From Octopus sinensis (lineage: Eukaryota): DNA of 64,000 bases. Location: positions 72,788,001 through 72,852,000 of the forward strand of contig NC_043008.1 of NCBI RefSeq assembly GCF_006345805.1, read 5' to 3'. The notes under the pieces were generated by a model. The model was given only the letters and a program-made list of their open reading frames with translations, made no database searches and was not told where the DNA came from. A program made the position numbers and the translations under genes. Of this stretch, positions 26,700 through 39,860 are shown piece by piece. How positions within the stretch are numbered: the first letter of the stretch is position 1; every line of letters starts with the position of its first letter.

Positions 26700-28800
26700 G
26701 GTTATTTCCATTGTTTTTTTTTTATAAATACTATCGTTTGTTGTTGCTCCTTTAGTGTGGAATAGGTATCGTCTCATGCTGTTAAGATTGTTGGTTTATT
26801 CATGGTGTATTGTTATTTTACTTGTTTGAAGAGCATCAGTTGTAGTTTTCCATTTGTCATTTCCTAATTCCTTGTGCTGTATTTTCATTAGTCACCTTTC
26901 ATATTGTTGATGTTCTTCATGCTTTCCTCTTTCTTATTTTGATAAATCCTGACTCAGTTGAGTGTGGGGTTTATTTCTGATTTTCTGTTGCTCAAGTTTC
27001 ACTTCTTCATAAATTATATAATTATATCCGTTAAAATTATATATTTATTTTTATGAAGCTTTTACTTATTTTTAACTGCAGTCCATCAGTTGCTAGTGAA
27101 GGTATTTCTGGGTAACTAATTGTTGCACTCTCCACTTCAATTGATATTTATTTTCTCTAGGGTTTTCTGATATCATTTTCAAGTGTGGTATTTGTTGGAC
27201 TTTTCTTGCAATACCATTGCCTGTTAGATGACTTCTTTCAGTTTTCATACTCTGAGTAAGGCATTAATCTGCTACAGTTGTTCCTGAGTTTAGTCTTTGA
27301 CTTTTTATTTCTAGATATATGGCTTATAATTTAGATTATATATTTCATTTTCTAAGAAAATGTAACTGATTTCTGTTCTAAAATTGAGATATGCATGATT
27401 AGTTGAGAAATGTTTGAAGTTTAATGTTAAGATGTTATTTACCTCACCTCAACACAGCCCTGTTTTCCTTCCATCATATTCCTGTTCCTTCTACAATACC
27501 ACCTATTCTGGTCCTTCTGATGTCATTGTTCTTTCCATCTCTTCTCCTTAGTCACCTGGGCAAATGTACATGTTCTACTTTATTGAATACATTTTGTACC
27601 TACATTTATTCTCCTATAACTACAGTTCTTATAACCATTTTTGGCCTCACTATGCACATAGTTCTCTTTTTAGATTTACATTTACCCTGTACAAGGTATT
27701 TCTCCAACTATCGTACACACTACAAAATGTTAGCCTAGTAAGGAGAGATGGTGTAGGGATATGAGGCCTTGTTATTTGTGTCTCACCAAAAGCTGATCAA
27801 CATCTTTCATGTTGTGGTACATGAGAAATTGCATCTGATGCACCCTGAAAAGTGTTCAGCATATAGCCAGTGGTATCAAGAATGGCATCCAGTGATAGTA
27901 ACCAAGCCAAATGTTCCATGTAAGCATATTTCTGCTCTGTTACGATATCCCAACCTTATTGTTCAGATGATGAGTTGCTGTGAAACAGAGGGACATTCTT
28001 ATGGTTGCTGACTGTCTGCCATCTCATTGTGAAGACCAATACTTTTACTAGAGGTGAACTTTTGGTTGATGGATAGAAGCTTGCAATGGAAAATTGTGTA
28101 AATTTATATGACTTTTTAGTCTGCAAATTTTTGTATCAGTCAAATGACAGATATGTTCCTGGTTCATTGTTTTAAATTGGTCATTTATATGAATTTAGAG
28201 CTGATATCTGCTAAAATTTTCTTGCCCAATATATCTAATTTGCTTGTCACTGAATTAATTACTTTGCATTTTGGGGATTTGCTAACAAGTTGGACTTGTG
28301 GTCTCTCAGTGTGATGTATGGTTGCCATGTTGCTGTATTTCTGTAATGTCAGCTTTTGTAAACTTTTAGCTAGTTTTTGTGTTTAAGTTAATTATATTGT
28401 ATCTGATGGGGCTTAGGTTTTGTTTAGATGTCTTGGCTATGATAAATGGAAAATTGTTTCATGAATGTCTTTTGTTTTTAGCACACAATTTTTTTTATTT
28501 GCTTTGTCTGTGAATATGGAAATTTTTCAAGACATGAAATGATATGTAAAGTGAACGTTTGTTTTCTAATCTCTTCCTAGAAGTTTTAAATCATATATTT
28601 TAATCTATAATATCTACTATAAATTATTGAAAGCCTTCAAGTTATAGTGGACAATTGCTGGTGTTAGATCCAAATCTTTCTTGGATGAATGTGTCTGATT
28701 TGCATATTTCATAGTGTCACCCTTTCTATCACATGCAATTGCCTGCACCTTTAATATCTTTGACCTAGGTACTTCAAGTATTGCTTTCATATTAACATAC
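26700..28800 (-). mobile_element. Highly decayed LINE, possibly R4/Dong-like
   Basis: T-rich plus strand; minus-strand remnants such as VEHVHLPR near 27550-27580. Many stops; boundaries approximate. Confidence 0.4.
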
Positions 28801-29013
28801 TCTTTTACTCTTTTACTCTTTTACTTGTTTCAGTCATTTGACTGCGGCCATGCTGGAGCATCGCCTTTAATCGGGACTTATTCTTTTGTAAGCCCAGGAC
28901 TTATTCTATCGGTATCTTTTACCGAACCGCTAAGTAACGGGGATATAAACACACCAGCATCGGTTGTCAAGCAATGCTAGGGGACAAATACAGACACACA
29001 AACACACATACGC

Positions 29014-29044
<31 letters not shown>

Positions 29045-29205
29045 TACGACGGGCTTCTTTCAGTTTCCATCTACCAAATCCACTCACAAGGCTTTGGTCG
29101 GCCCGAGGCTATAGTAGAAGACACTTGCCCAAGGTGCTACGCAGTGGGACTGAACCCGGAGCCATGTGGCTGGTAGACAAGCTACTTACCACACAGCCAC
29201 TCCTG
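28799..29205 (-). mobile_element. SINE family A
   Basis: Reverse complement of the 47260 copy. Confidence 0.9.
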
Positions 29206-29338
29206 TTAAATCACTAAGAGACTGTCATTCTACAGTAGTTTTCATGATAGTACTCAACCTATACATTCAAATGTTCCAGTTAGTTAACAAAAGAGGAAGA
29301 TAGTACTTATTATGCTACCGAGTGTATTGTATATTTAA

Positions 29339-29563
29339 CCCTTTCATGTTCAGATTTTTTTGGGGGGCCAAATATAATGCTTATTTATTCAAAGTGTTTT
29401 GAGTTAATCATGCATTATCTTGTAGCTTCAAGATTTCAATGATGTGTTTGTATACTTTTAGTATGACATTATAGGGTAACTCTGAGAGGTTGGATGTGGT
29501 CAGTTTGAACATAAAACAGATAGAATATTTGGGCTGGACATGGCTGGATTAAATGCTAAAGGG
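29339..29563. mobile_element. piggyBac-type MITE
   Basis: TTAA|CCCTTT...AAAGGG|TTAA termini with TTAA TSD. Confidence 0.75.
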
Positions 29564-32500
29564 TTAAACAAAATTTTTTCATTGTATGACTCAAATTTTA
29601 TGCCGCTTTCAACAAAAACTGTTTTACTTTCTATTTGAGCTCATTTTACAAACATTGGCATGTTTCAGTGGATATTGTCTAATACTTTATAATTATTTTG
29701 CACGTGTTTGTGGGACTGTAGTTTTTGGTTATCATTTTTGAGGGTTTTAGTTATCATTTTTGTGCAATTTTGTAATTTATTTTCTGTTATTGTTTGGCAT
29801 TTTTTATCTCCGATTTTTGTTGTTTTAACTATTTTCGGATTTTTAGGTTTATATCACAGTAAAATGTATGTCGGCTACCCTATTTTCCAGACCTTATATT
29901 CTTGTCCTGTTTTATGTTTACTTATTGATGGACAATTAAATGTATCCTAAAGTTTTCTTGTTTGGCTATAGTGTTTTTGATATCCTTTTTATTTTGCTTT
30001 AGATTAGTTCTTGTTATTCTAAGTGCTTTTATAAATAGCTTATTTGGGCTGCTTCTTGGTTTGTTATATTATTTAATCATACCTCTGCTGAATGTTCAAT
30101 ATGCAAATTAGCCTTGTCATTACATTTGTGTTCTAATTTGTATTTGATTTAAATGTTAATTTGGTCTCAGTTCTCTCTTTCAATGGAAAGATTAGTGAGG
30201 TTTAAACTGTGCAAAGGCAAATAATTTCTTTGCTTTTAATCCTACAAAATTCTGTTTTGGGTGCTTTTGCACCTAGACTCCCATACATATGTTACAAGAA
30301 AATGTAGAGCATATTTCTTGTATAGATATCTACCTATCTTGAAACCTAAAAACTGAAATGCATCTATAAAAGTTAACAGATACAGTTTAGTTAATCTACC
30401 ACATTTGCTGTCATTTTCCAAACAACATAATAAAATAGCTATTAACATGTTATTTAAAAAAATTAATAAATCAGAGAAAACTCTTAAAATTTTGCAATTT
30501 TCATTGAATTCATCTCATTAATATTTATGCTAAACATCGAAAATATAAGTTGTCTGCAAGTGTTCCTCATTATTAATATAAAATATATAATTTGATTAAT
30601 CTAAATATTCCGTTAATTTCAATCTTAAGAAAATGCTGTAATTTTGTCATTTTTTTATATTGTAACTTTTATATTCTTGTTGCTGGTTTTTAGTGAAATA
30701 ATGATAATTGTTATGTTGAGAACTTGATCAGAGGAGATATCATCCAATATCCTCCTCCCTCTCTTCCTCTCCATCTTCTCTGTCTTTGCATGTGCTTGCT
30801 TGAGTGTTTATAGATAGATAGTTAGACTACAGAATATAGAGTTGCAAAAATTTCCAATAGAAGTCTATGGAGTAGTTCCATACCATTTTACATAACAAGT
30901 GTCGCTTAATAGCCTTGGGAAAGTTCTGACATTCACATATGACCGTTTCCCCTTTCCTGATAACAAGGGAAAAATATTGTGTCCTGTTGACATTTCACAG
31001 ATTTATAGCTAATCTGATAATGATAAATGATACAAAGTTGAGTTTACTCACATGAGATGTCAAATATATTTTGAGTTAATATTTTGTGGATATATTGTAG
31101 TTTCTCATGTTTTAAATTTGTTATGGTGTGAAGAAGAAAAGCTGTAGCAGCACAAATGCCAGGCCCTGCAATGATGGCATATACAGACACTTAATGTTTG
31201 ACTAGAATGTGTGAAGATCAAAATGGTACTTTTGGGAACAGCATGATAACAAAGCATTTCATTAGATAAACTATATTTTGTCATACTGTAGAATAATGGG
31301 GTTATATGTTTTACAAAAGTTATTCTCCACAAGTCGTGTGATTGACCTTACAGCAACAAATTTTGTGTTTTCTCAGTGCCTCTCTCTTGAAACCTGTCAA
31401 ACTTTCTGTTAGATCTTAGTACCTTTCGCTTTTCTAGCCAGTCCAAAGAGGAATACTGCCAATAAGTTCTATCCCACTTTTTCTCTTCCTTCCCACCACA
31501 GAGTGAGGGACAGAGTTAGAGTGGGGTATATACTTCTGAGTTCTAGAGAGGATTTAATAGTAGGAAGACAGTAATGGATGAAATAGAGAGCCAGGAGTGG
31601 TGTAAGAGATGTATTTACATATTAAGTGGGTATAAATAAAAGTGGTAAAGAGAGACAATTGTTGAAACCAAAGAAAGAGAGCCCAGCTTTGGTGAAGTAA
31701 GGTTTGTAAGGTTTTGATATATTAGGTAACTAGTTTTTCTTTGAGTACTGTCGACAATGTGCATGAATGGTGCTCTAATATGATATATACAATCAACAAC
31801 AGTTCAGAGATGAAACATTTCCTGGTTCTCAAGAAGAAATCTAGTTTATGTATGCAATACTGGCTACATTTGTGTTGAAATAGTTAACCTAAGCTCCAAC
31901 GCAGACTTGAGCTTGCAGATCTATAATAGAAGTTGTTCCTACTGTGAGTGTCCTGTTTTTCTTTAAACACAGCAGCAAGGTAATTGAAAGTTGTTTGGCA
32001 GTATGTTTTCTCAAGTTGAGCAACCATGGAGATGTCTTTTCATTGGTTCATTGAAATTCATGATGTTTATAGGTCGCATGTTGATTCATCTGTGATTAAT
32101 AAGTATAAGAATCATTGGTATATTTTCTTGACAGTGTCTGTGATTAAATGTTGTTGATACAGATTACATTGCCACATCCTAATTGCTGACTCTCTTTTCA
32201 AGGTCTCTCTTGACAATGCGTGCATGTTATAAGATTATTCTAATGCTAAGATGAGGTTTAAATGCAAGAGAAAGAAGGAAGATAAGTTAGAGGTGACAAC
32301 CAGCAGCAGTTTGTCACATGTTAACAAAGACACTATCAAATGTCAGCTCTTTATCCACCATCATCACCACCACCACCATCTCTAATTTTCAGCTTCATTA
32401 ATTACAACAGGTCAAAGATTAGATGTTAGCAAGGCATTATTAATCACTCATCAAAGATTACTGAAACCATAGCAACACTTGAATGAAATGAAGAACAATG

Positions 32501-34212
32501 GAAAATACATGGTATTAACACAAGAAATATACAAATATGAAGAGTAGTGTTGAGAAAAGAAAATTCCATTTTTATTCTTTGAATCCATAATTCATCATTA
32601 AATGGTGATATTATTGCCTGGAATGGGACAAAAGTGAGTCTTCAGACACTGCCTATGAGGATGCATTGGTGATTATAGTAATAACTGTTTCTAATTCAGG
32701 CACAAGGCCAATAGATTTTTTTGTGGAAAGATGAAAGTTAGTCGAATTCATGTCCCTAGTATGTAACTGGGGAAGAATGAAAGTGAAAGTTAACTTTGGC
32801 AGGACTTGAACTCAGAATCAGAAGAAATACTTCAAGGTACTTTAAGAACAATAATAACTCTTTCTACCATAAGTGCATGGCCTGAAATTTTGAGGTGAGG
32901 GGGTTTAGCTGTAGTTATTGACCCCAGTACTTAACTGATAATTTATTCTATCAATACTGCAGGGACAAAAATCCATGCCCATTTAATATCTCAAAGTGAT
33001 CCTCTCACATCAATTTCCCTTTCCTCCAAAATATCTCCTGGAAAGCTTGAGACAGGCAAGGGTTGGTGAGAAGTAAGGCATTAGGCAAATGAAAATCTGA
33101 CTCACAAATTTCACCCCACCTATGCAAACTTCAAAAAATGGGCATTTAAACAATGATTATAATTACTAGCTGTTAGTAATAGAAGCAGCCTTTGGATGAA
33201 TATTAATTTACACATCAAATTTAACTTGGGTATGTTGATTTGAATGCCGTGCGCTGCAGTAATCATCCTCCGAAATCACCTACAGATGTTTGGTGTTGGA
33301 AAAAGGCTTAGATTATAGTACCTAATGTCTATATGAGATGACTTCTCAGAACGATTACCACAGCTTAAAGTATTCAAAACAACACATCTAGGTTAAGTTG
33401 AATCTGCAAATTAATATTCGTTACAATGTTTGTGTCCATTGCTAATAGCTAATTTATACAAAGCCCAAAAGTTTTTGTGATACCACTGATTTTTATCTAG
33501 CATTTGGTGGTAGGGTACCTGTTGTTGATGATGTGGAATTTATGCTGAAATCATGTGATGTAATATTTCCCATCATCTTGTGCTGATGAAATTTTTATCT
33601 GCCAAAAGAATATGTGCTCTTTTAGTGCCCAATGCCTACACAAAATGATTTCTTAGGACAATTATGGCAGCCTATGGTGCTCAAAATAAGATATCAAAAC
33701 TATGTTGGATGTATAGATTAGTATTGATTATAATCATGATGACACTGTCTTTAAATAGTTTGAAGACTGAGAAAGAGGTCAGAAGTAAATCTCTCATTTG
33801 ATGACCATACAACATATGATGTATATTTTTTGACACAGCAAGATAAATTTTGGCAAGGTCTAGCATATAGGTCACTATTTTAGTCAGTTAATTAGTTCAC
33901 CTTTAACTGTCAACTCACAAGAGTTCCATTTAATCTTAATCAGATATCTTTGAAATATCATAAAGAATTCAAGAACTTGAAAACTCTTGTACAACCAAAT
34001 GACTAAAAAAAAAAAAAATTGCCAGGAACTAAAATTAATCTGGAGATAAGTGTGTCATCAGAGTTAGCAAGGACTACATGAACTGAAATTATTAGCAAAG
34101 AGAAGAAATCAAAACGTATCACTTCTATAGTTTCCAGTAGTGTCTAATTTTAAAAGTGTGGGTGTGTATGTGAGTGTTTATGTGTGTATGTATGTATGAA
34201 TATATATATATA

Positions 34213-34261
<49 letters not shown>

Positions 34262-34423
34262 GATGCAATAGGTAAATTGGCGCCATTTTATAATTTCAAT
34301 TTTGTGCATGAGCACTGGTTGCTTTTGATTTTGTCGACTACAAAGAATAGTAGGGTCAGTTGGGTAATATCTTTGAGAAAAACAGCACCATGATGCAATT
34401 CACTCTGCCAGAAATTTGGAAGG

Positions 34424-34895
34424 TACAGGCATGGCTGTGTGTAAGAATCTTGCTCCCCAAATACATGGTCTTTGGTTCAGTCCCACAGCATGGCACCTTA
34501 GGCAAGTATCTTCTACTATAATCTTGAGCCAACCACAGCCTTGTGAGCCTTGAATTTGATAGATGGAAACTGAAAGAAGCCCATCATATATATATATATA
34601 TATATTTATACACATATACACATACATATATGTATGTATGTGTTTGCACCTTTGTGTTTGTGTTTGTCCCCACTCTACATGCACCCCACCACCACCACCA
34701 CCACCACCTGACAACTGGTGTTGGTTTGTTTATGCCTCCATAACTTACCAGTGTGGCAAAAAGAAACTTACAGAACAAGTACCAGGCTTAAAACAAAAAT
34801 AAGCATTGTGGTTGATTCCCTTGACTACAAGTTCTAGAAGGTGGTGTCCCAGCATGGTTACTGTCCAATGACTGAAACAGATAAAAGATAGAAGA
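34424..34895 (+). mobile_element. SINE family A (older subfamily)
   Basis: ggcatggctgtgtg...ggttcagtcccac...aatgactgaaacagataaaag. Confidence 0.85.
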
Positions 34896-34928
34896 TATAG
34901 ATATACACATGTTTGTGTGTATTCATAT

Positions 34929-34964
<36 letters not shown>

Positions 34965-35204
34965 TCTCTCCCTCCATCTCTCTCTTTGACATATACTTCA
35001 TTATATCTCTCACAGAAGTATGTTATTTGTAATGAAATGTGTTATTGTGTGTGTATGACTATATAGATATAAATGATTGTAAAAGGGAATATGTACACTG
35101 ATAATCAAGTATAGGAATTTATGCTATGTTTACTTGTTAATGTCAAGTTATATATTCATACATAGGCATTGGTAAATTCATGAGTGTGTGTTTGCATGTG
35201 TATA

Positions 35205-36440
35205 TATTGGGTCTTCTCATAGATAATGTGTTTTTTTCAATTGCATGAACTAAAAGTCGGACATGGATGGGATAAACTACCTGTGTCAACTTGCTATAAA
35301 AGCAGGTAGTAATTTTATTTTGTACTTATTCTTAGTGCAAATTGTGAAGAGTGCAGTTTGATTTTAACAGTTATTTTTTCAAAACTGTAATGGAAGTGAC
35401 AAAAGAGTGTATTTGGCATATTTTGCTTTATGAGTTCAATAAAGGCAACAACACAATGGAAAGTGTGAGGAATATTAATACAGTATACAAGCGTAAGCCA
35501 GTGTCAACAGTGGTTCCAGAAATTCTGAACCTGAAACTACAGCCTCAAATACAAGCTTCATCCTGGAAGATCTGTAGAGTTAAACGAGGAAGTCCTGCAA
35601 AACCTGGTGGAACAAAATCCCATCGTAACTGTTGAGAGACTAACAGAGAAGCTTGGATTTGGTCATCCAACCATTCATCGATACCAGCATGCCATTAGAA
35701 AGGTCAGCAAAATTGGCTGAATGGGTTCCTCACAAACTTTCCGAGTGTAATCGTGCAAAGATAGTGAATGTGTACTCTTCTTTGCTGTCTTGTCTCCTTT
35801 TTGGTGACAAGAAATGAGTTGTCTATAAAAACATCAGGCATGATGACAGTGGCTAGAGGAAAGAGACACACTGGCACTCCAGGCTAAAGATCTTCATCCA
35901 CATAAAGTGTTGTTATCTGTTTGGTGGGATATGAAAAGTTTAGTCCCCTTTGAACTTTTAAGCCCAAACCAAAAAGAGGTCTGCAGCAAGCAGCTTGAGT
36001 AGCTTAGGTCAGTGCTAAAAGAAAAACGACCATCTCTGGTTTCAAGACGAAAGGTATTTTTCCATTGGATAATGCTCGGCCTCATGCAGCAAGGACAACA
36101 TTCCAAAAGCTTGAGCAATTTGAATGGGAAACAATGCTCCACACACCATGTTCACCAGATATTGCCCCATCTGGTTATCATTTATTCTGCAGTCTTCAAA
36201 ATCATTTAGATGGGAAAAATGTGAATTTTGCAGACCAAGTCAGAACAGTACTGGAGGAGTATTTTTCATGATGTACAAGTGAATTTTGGAAGAGGGGCCT
36301 TGCAAGTCTACCAGATAGATGGAAAAGCATTGTAGAAAATGAAGGAGAGTATATTTTAGATTAAAAAAAGGGCTTTGTTTATCTTGATTTTAAAAAATAA
36401 AATAAGTAAAAAAGTGCATTATTTATGGGATGACCAAATA
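35205..36440 (+). mobile_element. Full-length decayed mariner transposon
   Basis: TIRs tattgggtcttctcatagataatg / cattatttatgggatgaccaaata with TA ends; transposase remnants ILLYEFNKG, WVPHKL, KVLLSVWWD, DNARPH, SPDIAPSGYHLF; stops and frameshifts. Confidence 0.93.
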
Positions 36441-36622
36441 TATATATACAAATTAGGTGGCTCTGTGTTAAGAAGGTTGCTTCTCAACCACATGGTTCTG
36501 GGTTAAGTTCCACTGCATGACATCTTGGGCAAGTGTTTTCTACTATAGCCTCAGGCCGACCAAAGCCTTGTGAATGGATTTGGTAAATTGAAACTTAAGC
36601 CCATCGTATATATATATGAATG

Positions 36623-36697
<75 letters not shown>

Positions 36698-36888
36698 ATA
36701 TATATATATATAGATAAGAAAGTTTGTTTGGTAAAGCACGTGGGTGAATATATAAGAAAATAGTAAAGTGTGAAAAAACGACAGAAGGCTTAAATGTTAA
36801 AAAATATATATATTTGTGTCAAAATGTCTGGAGAATATTGGAAAAATTTTTTTCCTTTCCTTAAAATGACATAATTTTAAAATTTTTA

Positions 36889-36928
36889 AAGAAATTACCG
36901 GTTTCGCGTGTAGCTTTTCAAATTTCTT
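36889..36928 (-). ncRNA. Minimal hammerhead ribozyme, U3-A8 variant (mirror)
   Basis: Reverse complement of 37512-37551. Confidence 0.75.
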
Positions 36929-37064
36929 GTGACGTTATGTTTATATTGCATGGAATTATCGTTGTTTTTATTTCCAGGAGATTTCTAAATAAGGGGAGGT
37001 AGTGAGTGATTTTTTCCGGTGTAGGGGAGATAATCGCTTAAAAAATTTTTTTTCCATTTCCTTG

Positions 37065-37220
37065 TTAATTTCTCTGTGTCAGTATGTTCGGATGGTTGAG
37101 TCTGGGTTTGTACTTTTCAATGAAGAATGTTTCCTTGTTCAGTCTCATTTGTGTTGATGATCCGAAAGCACATTGGTAAAATGGGAAGATTAAAAATTGT
37201 GGCAGTAGTTGCTTTGCGCA
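37065..37220 (-). pseudogene. C-terminal fragment of PLE GIY-YIG endonuclease
   Basis: Translates CAKQLLPQFLIFPFYQCAFGSSTQMRLNKETFFIEKYKPRLNHPNILTQRN*; R..KE..FI...KP.LN is the GIY-YIG C-terminal signature. The plus-arm copy has a 1-bp deletion. Confidence 0.8.
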
Positions 37221-37511
37221 TTGCGCAAAGCAACTACTGCCACAATTTTTAATCTTCCCATTTTACCAATGTGCTTTCGGATCATCAACACAAATGAGAC
37301 TGAACAAGGAACATTCTTCATTGAAAAGTACAAACCCAGACTCAACCATCCGAACATACTGACACAGAGAAATTAACAAGGAAATGGAAAAAAAATTTTT
37401 TAAGCGATTATCTCCCCTACACCGGAAAAAATCACTCACTACCTCCCCTTATTTAGAAATCTCCTGGAAATAAAAACAACGATAATTCCATGCAATATAA
37501 CATAACGTCAC

Positions 37512-37551
37512 AAGAAATTTGAAAAGCTACACGCGAAACCGGTAATTTCTT
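37512..37551 (+). ncRNA. Minimal hammerhead ribozyme, U3-A8 variant
   Basis: aagaaat TTGAAAA gc tacac gc GAAA CCGG TA atttctt; 7-bp stem I, palindromic ACCGGT, predicted GUA site at 37544. Confidence 0.75.
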
Positions 37552-37684
37552 TAAAAATTTTTAAATTATGTCATTTTAAGGAAAGGAAAAAAATTTTTCC
37601 AATATTCTCCAGACATTTTGACACAATATATATATTTTTTAACATTTAAGCCTTCTGTCGTTTTTTCACACTTTACTATTTTCT

Positions 37685-37739
<55 letters not shown>

Positions 37740-38059
37740 TCTATATCTGTTGGTCCCCACTGCTGCTTGACAACCAGTGGTGGTGTGTTTATCTCCCTGT
37801 AACTTCACAGTTTGGCAAAAGAGACCAATAGAATAAGCACTAGGCTTGAAAAAATTATAATTTCCTTGGGTCAATTTGTTCAAATAAAACCCTTCAAGGC
37901 AGTACCCCAGCATGGCCGCAGTCAAATGACTAAAGCAAATAAAAAGTAAAAGATACACACACACACACATATTTATAGATAAATTCCCCTATTTACATAA
38001 TATCAAGATCTCGTTCATTCTTTTGTTGTCATATTATTATTATTAATACACACACATAT

Positions 38060-38665
38060 TCTTTTAATTCTTTTATTCTTTCACTTGTTTCAATCACTTG
38101 ACTGAGGCCATGCTGGAGCACCGCCTTAAGTCGAACAAACTAACCCCAGGACTTATTTTTTGTAAACTTAGTACTTATTCTATCAGGCTCTTTTCCTGAA
38201 CATCTGTTGTCAAGCGATGGTGGAGAGACAAACACAGACACACAAATATATATATATATATGATGGGCTTCTTTCAGTTTCCATCTACCAAATCCACTCC
38301 CAAGGCGTTGATTAGCCAGAAGCTATAGTAGAAGGCAGCAAGCTGGCAGAAACGTTAGCACGCCGGGCAAAATGCTTCGCGGTATTTCGTCTGCCGTTAT
38401 GTTCTGAGTTCAAATTTTGCCGAGGTCGACTTTGCCTTTCATCCTTTCAGGGTCGATAAATTAAGTACCAGTTATGCACTGGGGTCGATATAATCGATGT
38501 AATCCCTATGTCCTTGTTTATCCCCTCTATGTTTAGCCCCTTGTGGGCAATAAATAAATAAGAAGCTATAGTAGAAGACACTTGCCCAAGATGTCATGCA
38601 GAGGGACTGAACCTGGAACCATGAGGTTGGGAAGCAAGCTATTTATCACACAGCCATATCTGCAC
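38060..38665 (-). mobile_element. SINE family A with nested family B SINE
   Basis: Family A sequence resumes after 38560. Confidence 0.85.
38334..38560 (+). mobile_element. tRNA-derived SINE, family B (young copy)
   Basis: tggcagaaacg A-box-like, gagttcaaatt B box, (TAAA) tail, 17-bp TSD agaagctatagtagaag (38318-38334, 38561-38577). Confidence 0.9.
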
Positions 38666-39639
38666 TTATTATATATTTGTATGGGAGTGTAAGAGAAAGA
38701 TGTAGTGATAAAGAAACAGAATAACATGACAGAATTCTGAGTGTGGAGGTTTGCATCGTAATTAATTATTCTGATTGTCTGTCAGGTGAATATAGTGTCA
38801 GATCAGCAAAATTTTACTCTCAGGTCTGATACATAAATTTGTATTCATAAAAGTATGTATTTGTGTGTGTGTGATGCAGAAAAACATGTTTATTCACAAA
38901 TCTATGAACTGAGGGGTAGCAACTAAGATTCAACGATTGAAAAATACCACAAACGTTTCCATAATATTTGTACATCACTTCAAAATATCTGATTATAGAA
39001 ATGGCTTTCTATTATTTAAACCTCATCATATAATCACACTACAGATACAGACACATCTTCACACATTATGCTTCACCATTTTATTTACTGTGCTTAAACT
39101 CACAAATTGTCTGCAAAATCATTTTTGCTTCATTTTATTTTATTTTAAATTCTGAAGAGTGTTTCACTTTTCATCTATGTAACTCACATATTGTGTGTGC
39201 ATGTATGTGTTTGTGTAATCGTGTTATGTGCTATGCAGATCTCCTACACCATGGTTCAAAGGCAGGTTTTAATTTTCCATGCTATTAACCATATTTTATA
39301 GCACATATTTACAATATCTATATTATATTCATATCAGTTCAGTCTGCAAGAGTCGTCTGATGTTTTTTTTTCCTAGATATATGTGCCAGCATCGATTCAA
39401 GTCATGATCTTTATTTCTAATGTAAGAGTAATAATATTCTTGTCTACATAGTTTAAAGATAAAGGTTCTCAGTTCAAATTGTATTCAACAACAAAACATG
39501 TGATGAGGATCAACAATGAAATAAAAGGAGATACAGATATAGATTTTTAAATAGAAATTCTGTAACCATGAAGATAACAGTCACTCCAGAAAATTTTCTT
39601 TCTAATATATTTACAAGACCTAATATTTTGCAAGGAAAA

Positions 39640-39860
39640 GGCAGCAAGCTAGCAGAATTGTTAGCATACCGGACAAAATACTTAATGACATTTCGTCTGT
39701 CCTTACAGTCTGAGTTCAAATTCTGCTAAGTTCAACTTTACCTTTCATCTTTCTGGGGTCAATAAAATAAGTACATGTTGAGCACTGAGATCAAGTTAAT
39801 GGACTTATTCCATCTCATGAAATGGCTGGCCTTGTGCCAAAACTTGAAATCAATAGTTTG
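39640..39860 (+). mobile_element. SINE family B
   Basis: Similar to 38334; further copies at about 3500, 16360, 32680, 41790, 42755, 52325, 61190, 61775 (minus). Confidence 0.8.

Larger units (their letters stand above)
36713..37692 (-). mobile_element. 5'-truncated Penelope-like element forming a 0.94-kb palindrome
   Basis: Arms 36749-37220 and 37222-37692 around gctttgcgca-t-tgcgcaaagc; tail 36713-36748; GIY-YIG C-terminus and HHR in each arm. Confidence 0.92.
36455..37955 (+). mobile_element. SINE family A split by the PLE palindrome
   Basis: 5' half 36455-36608, 3' half about 37730-37955; insertion lies in the SINE's internal TA/TATC tract. Confidence 0.8.
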
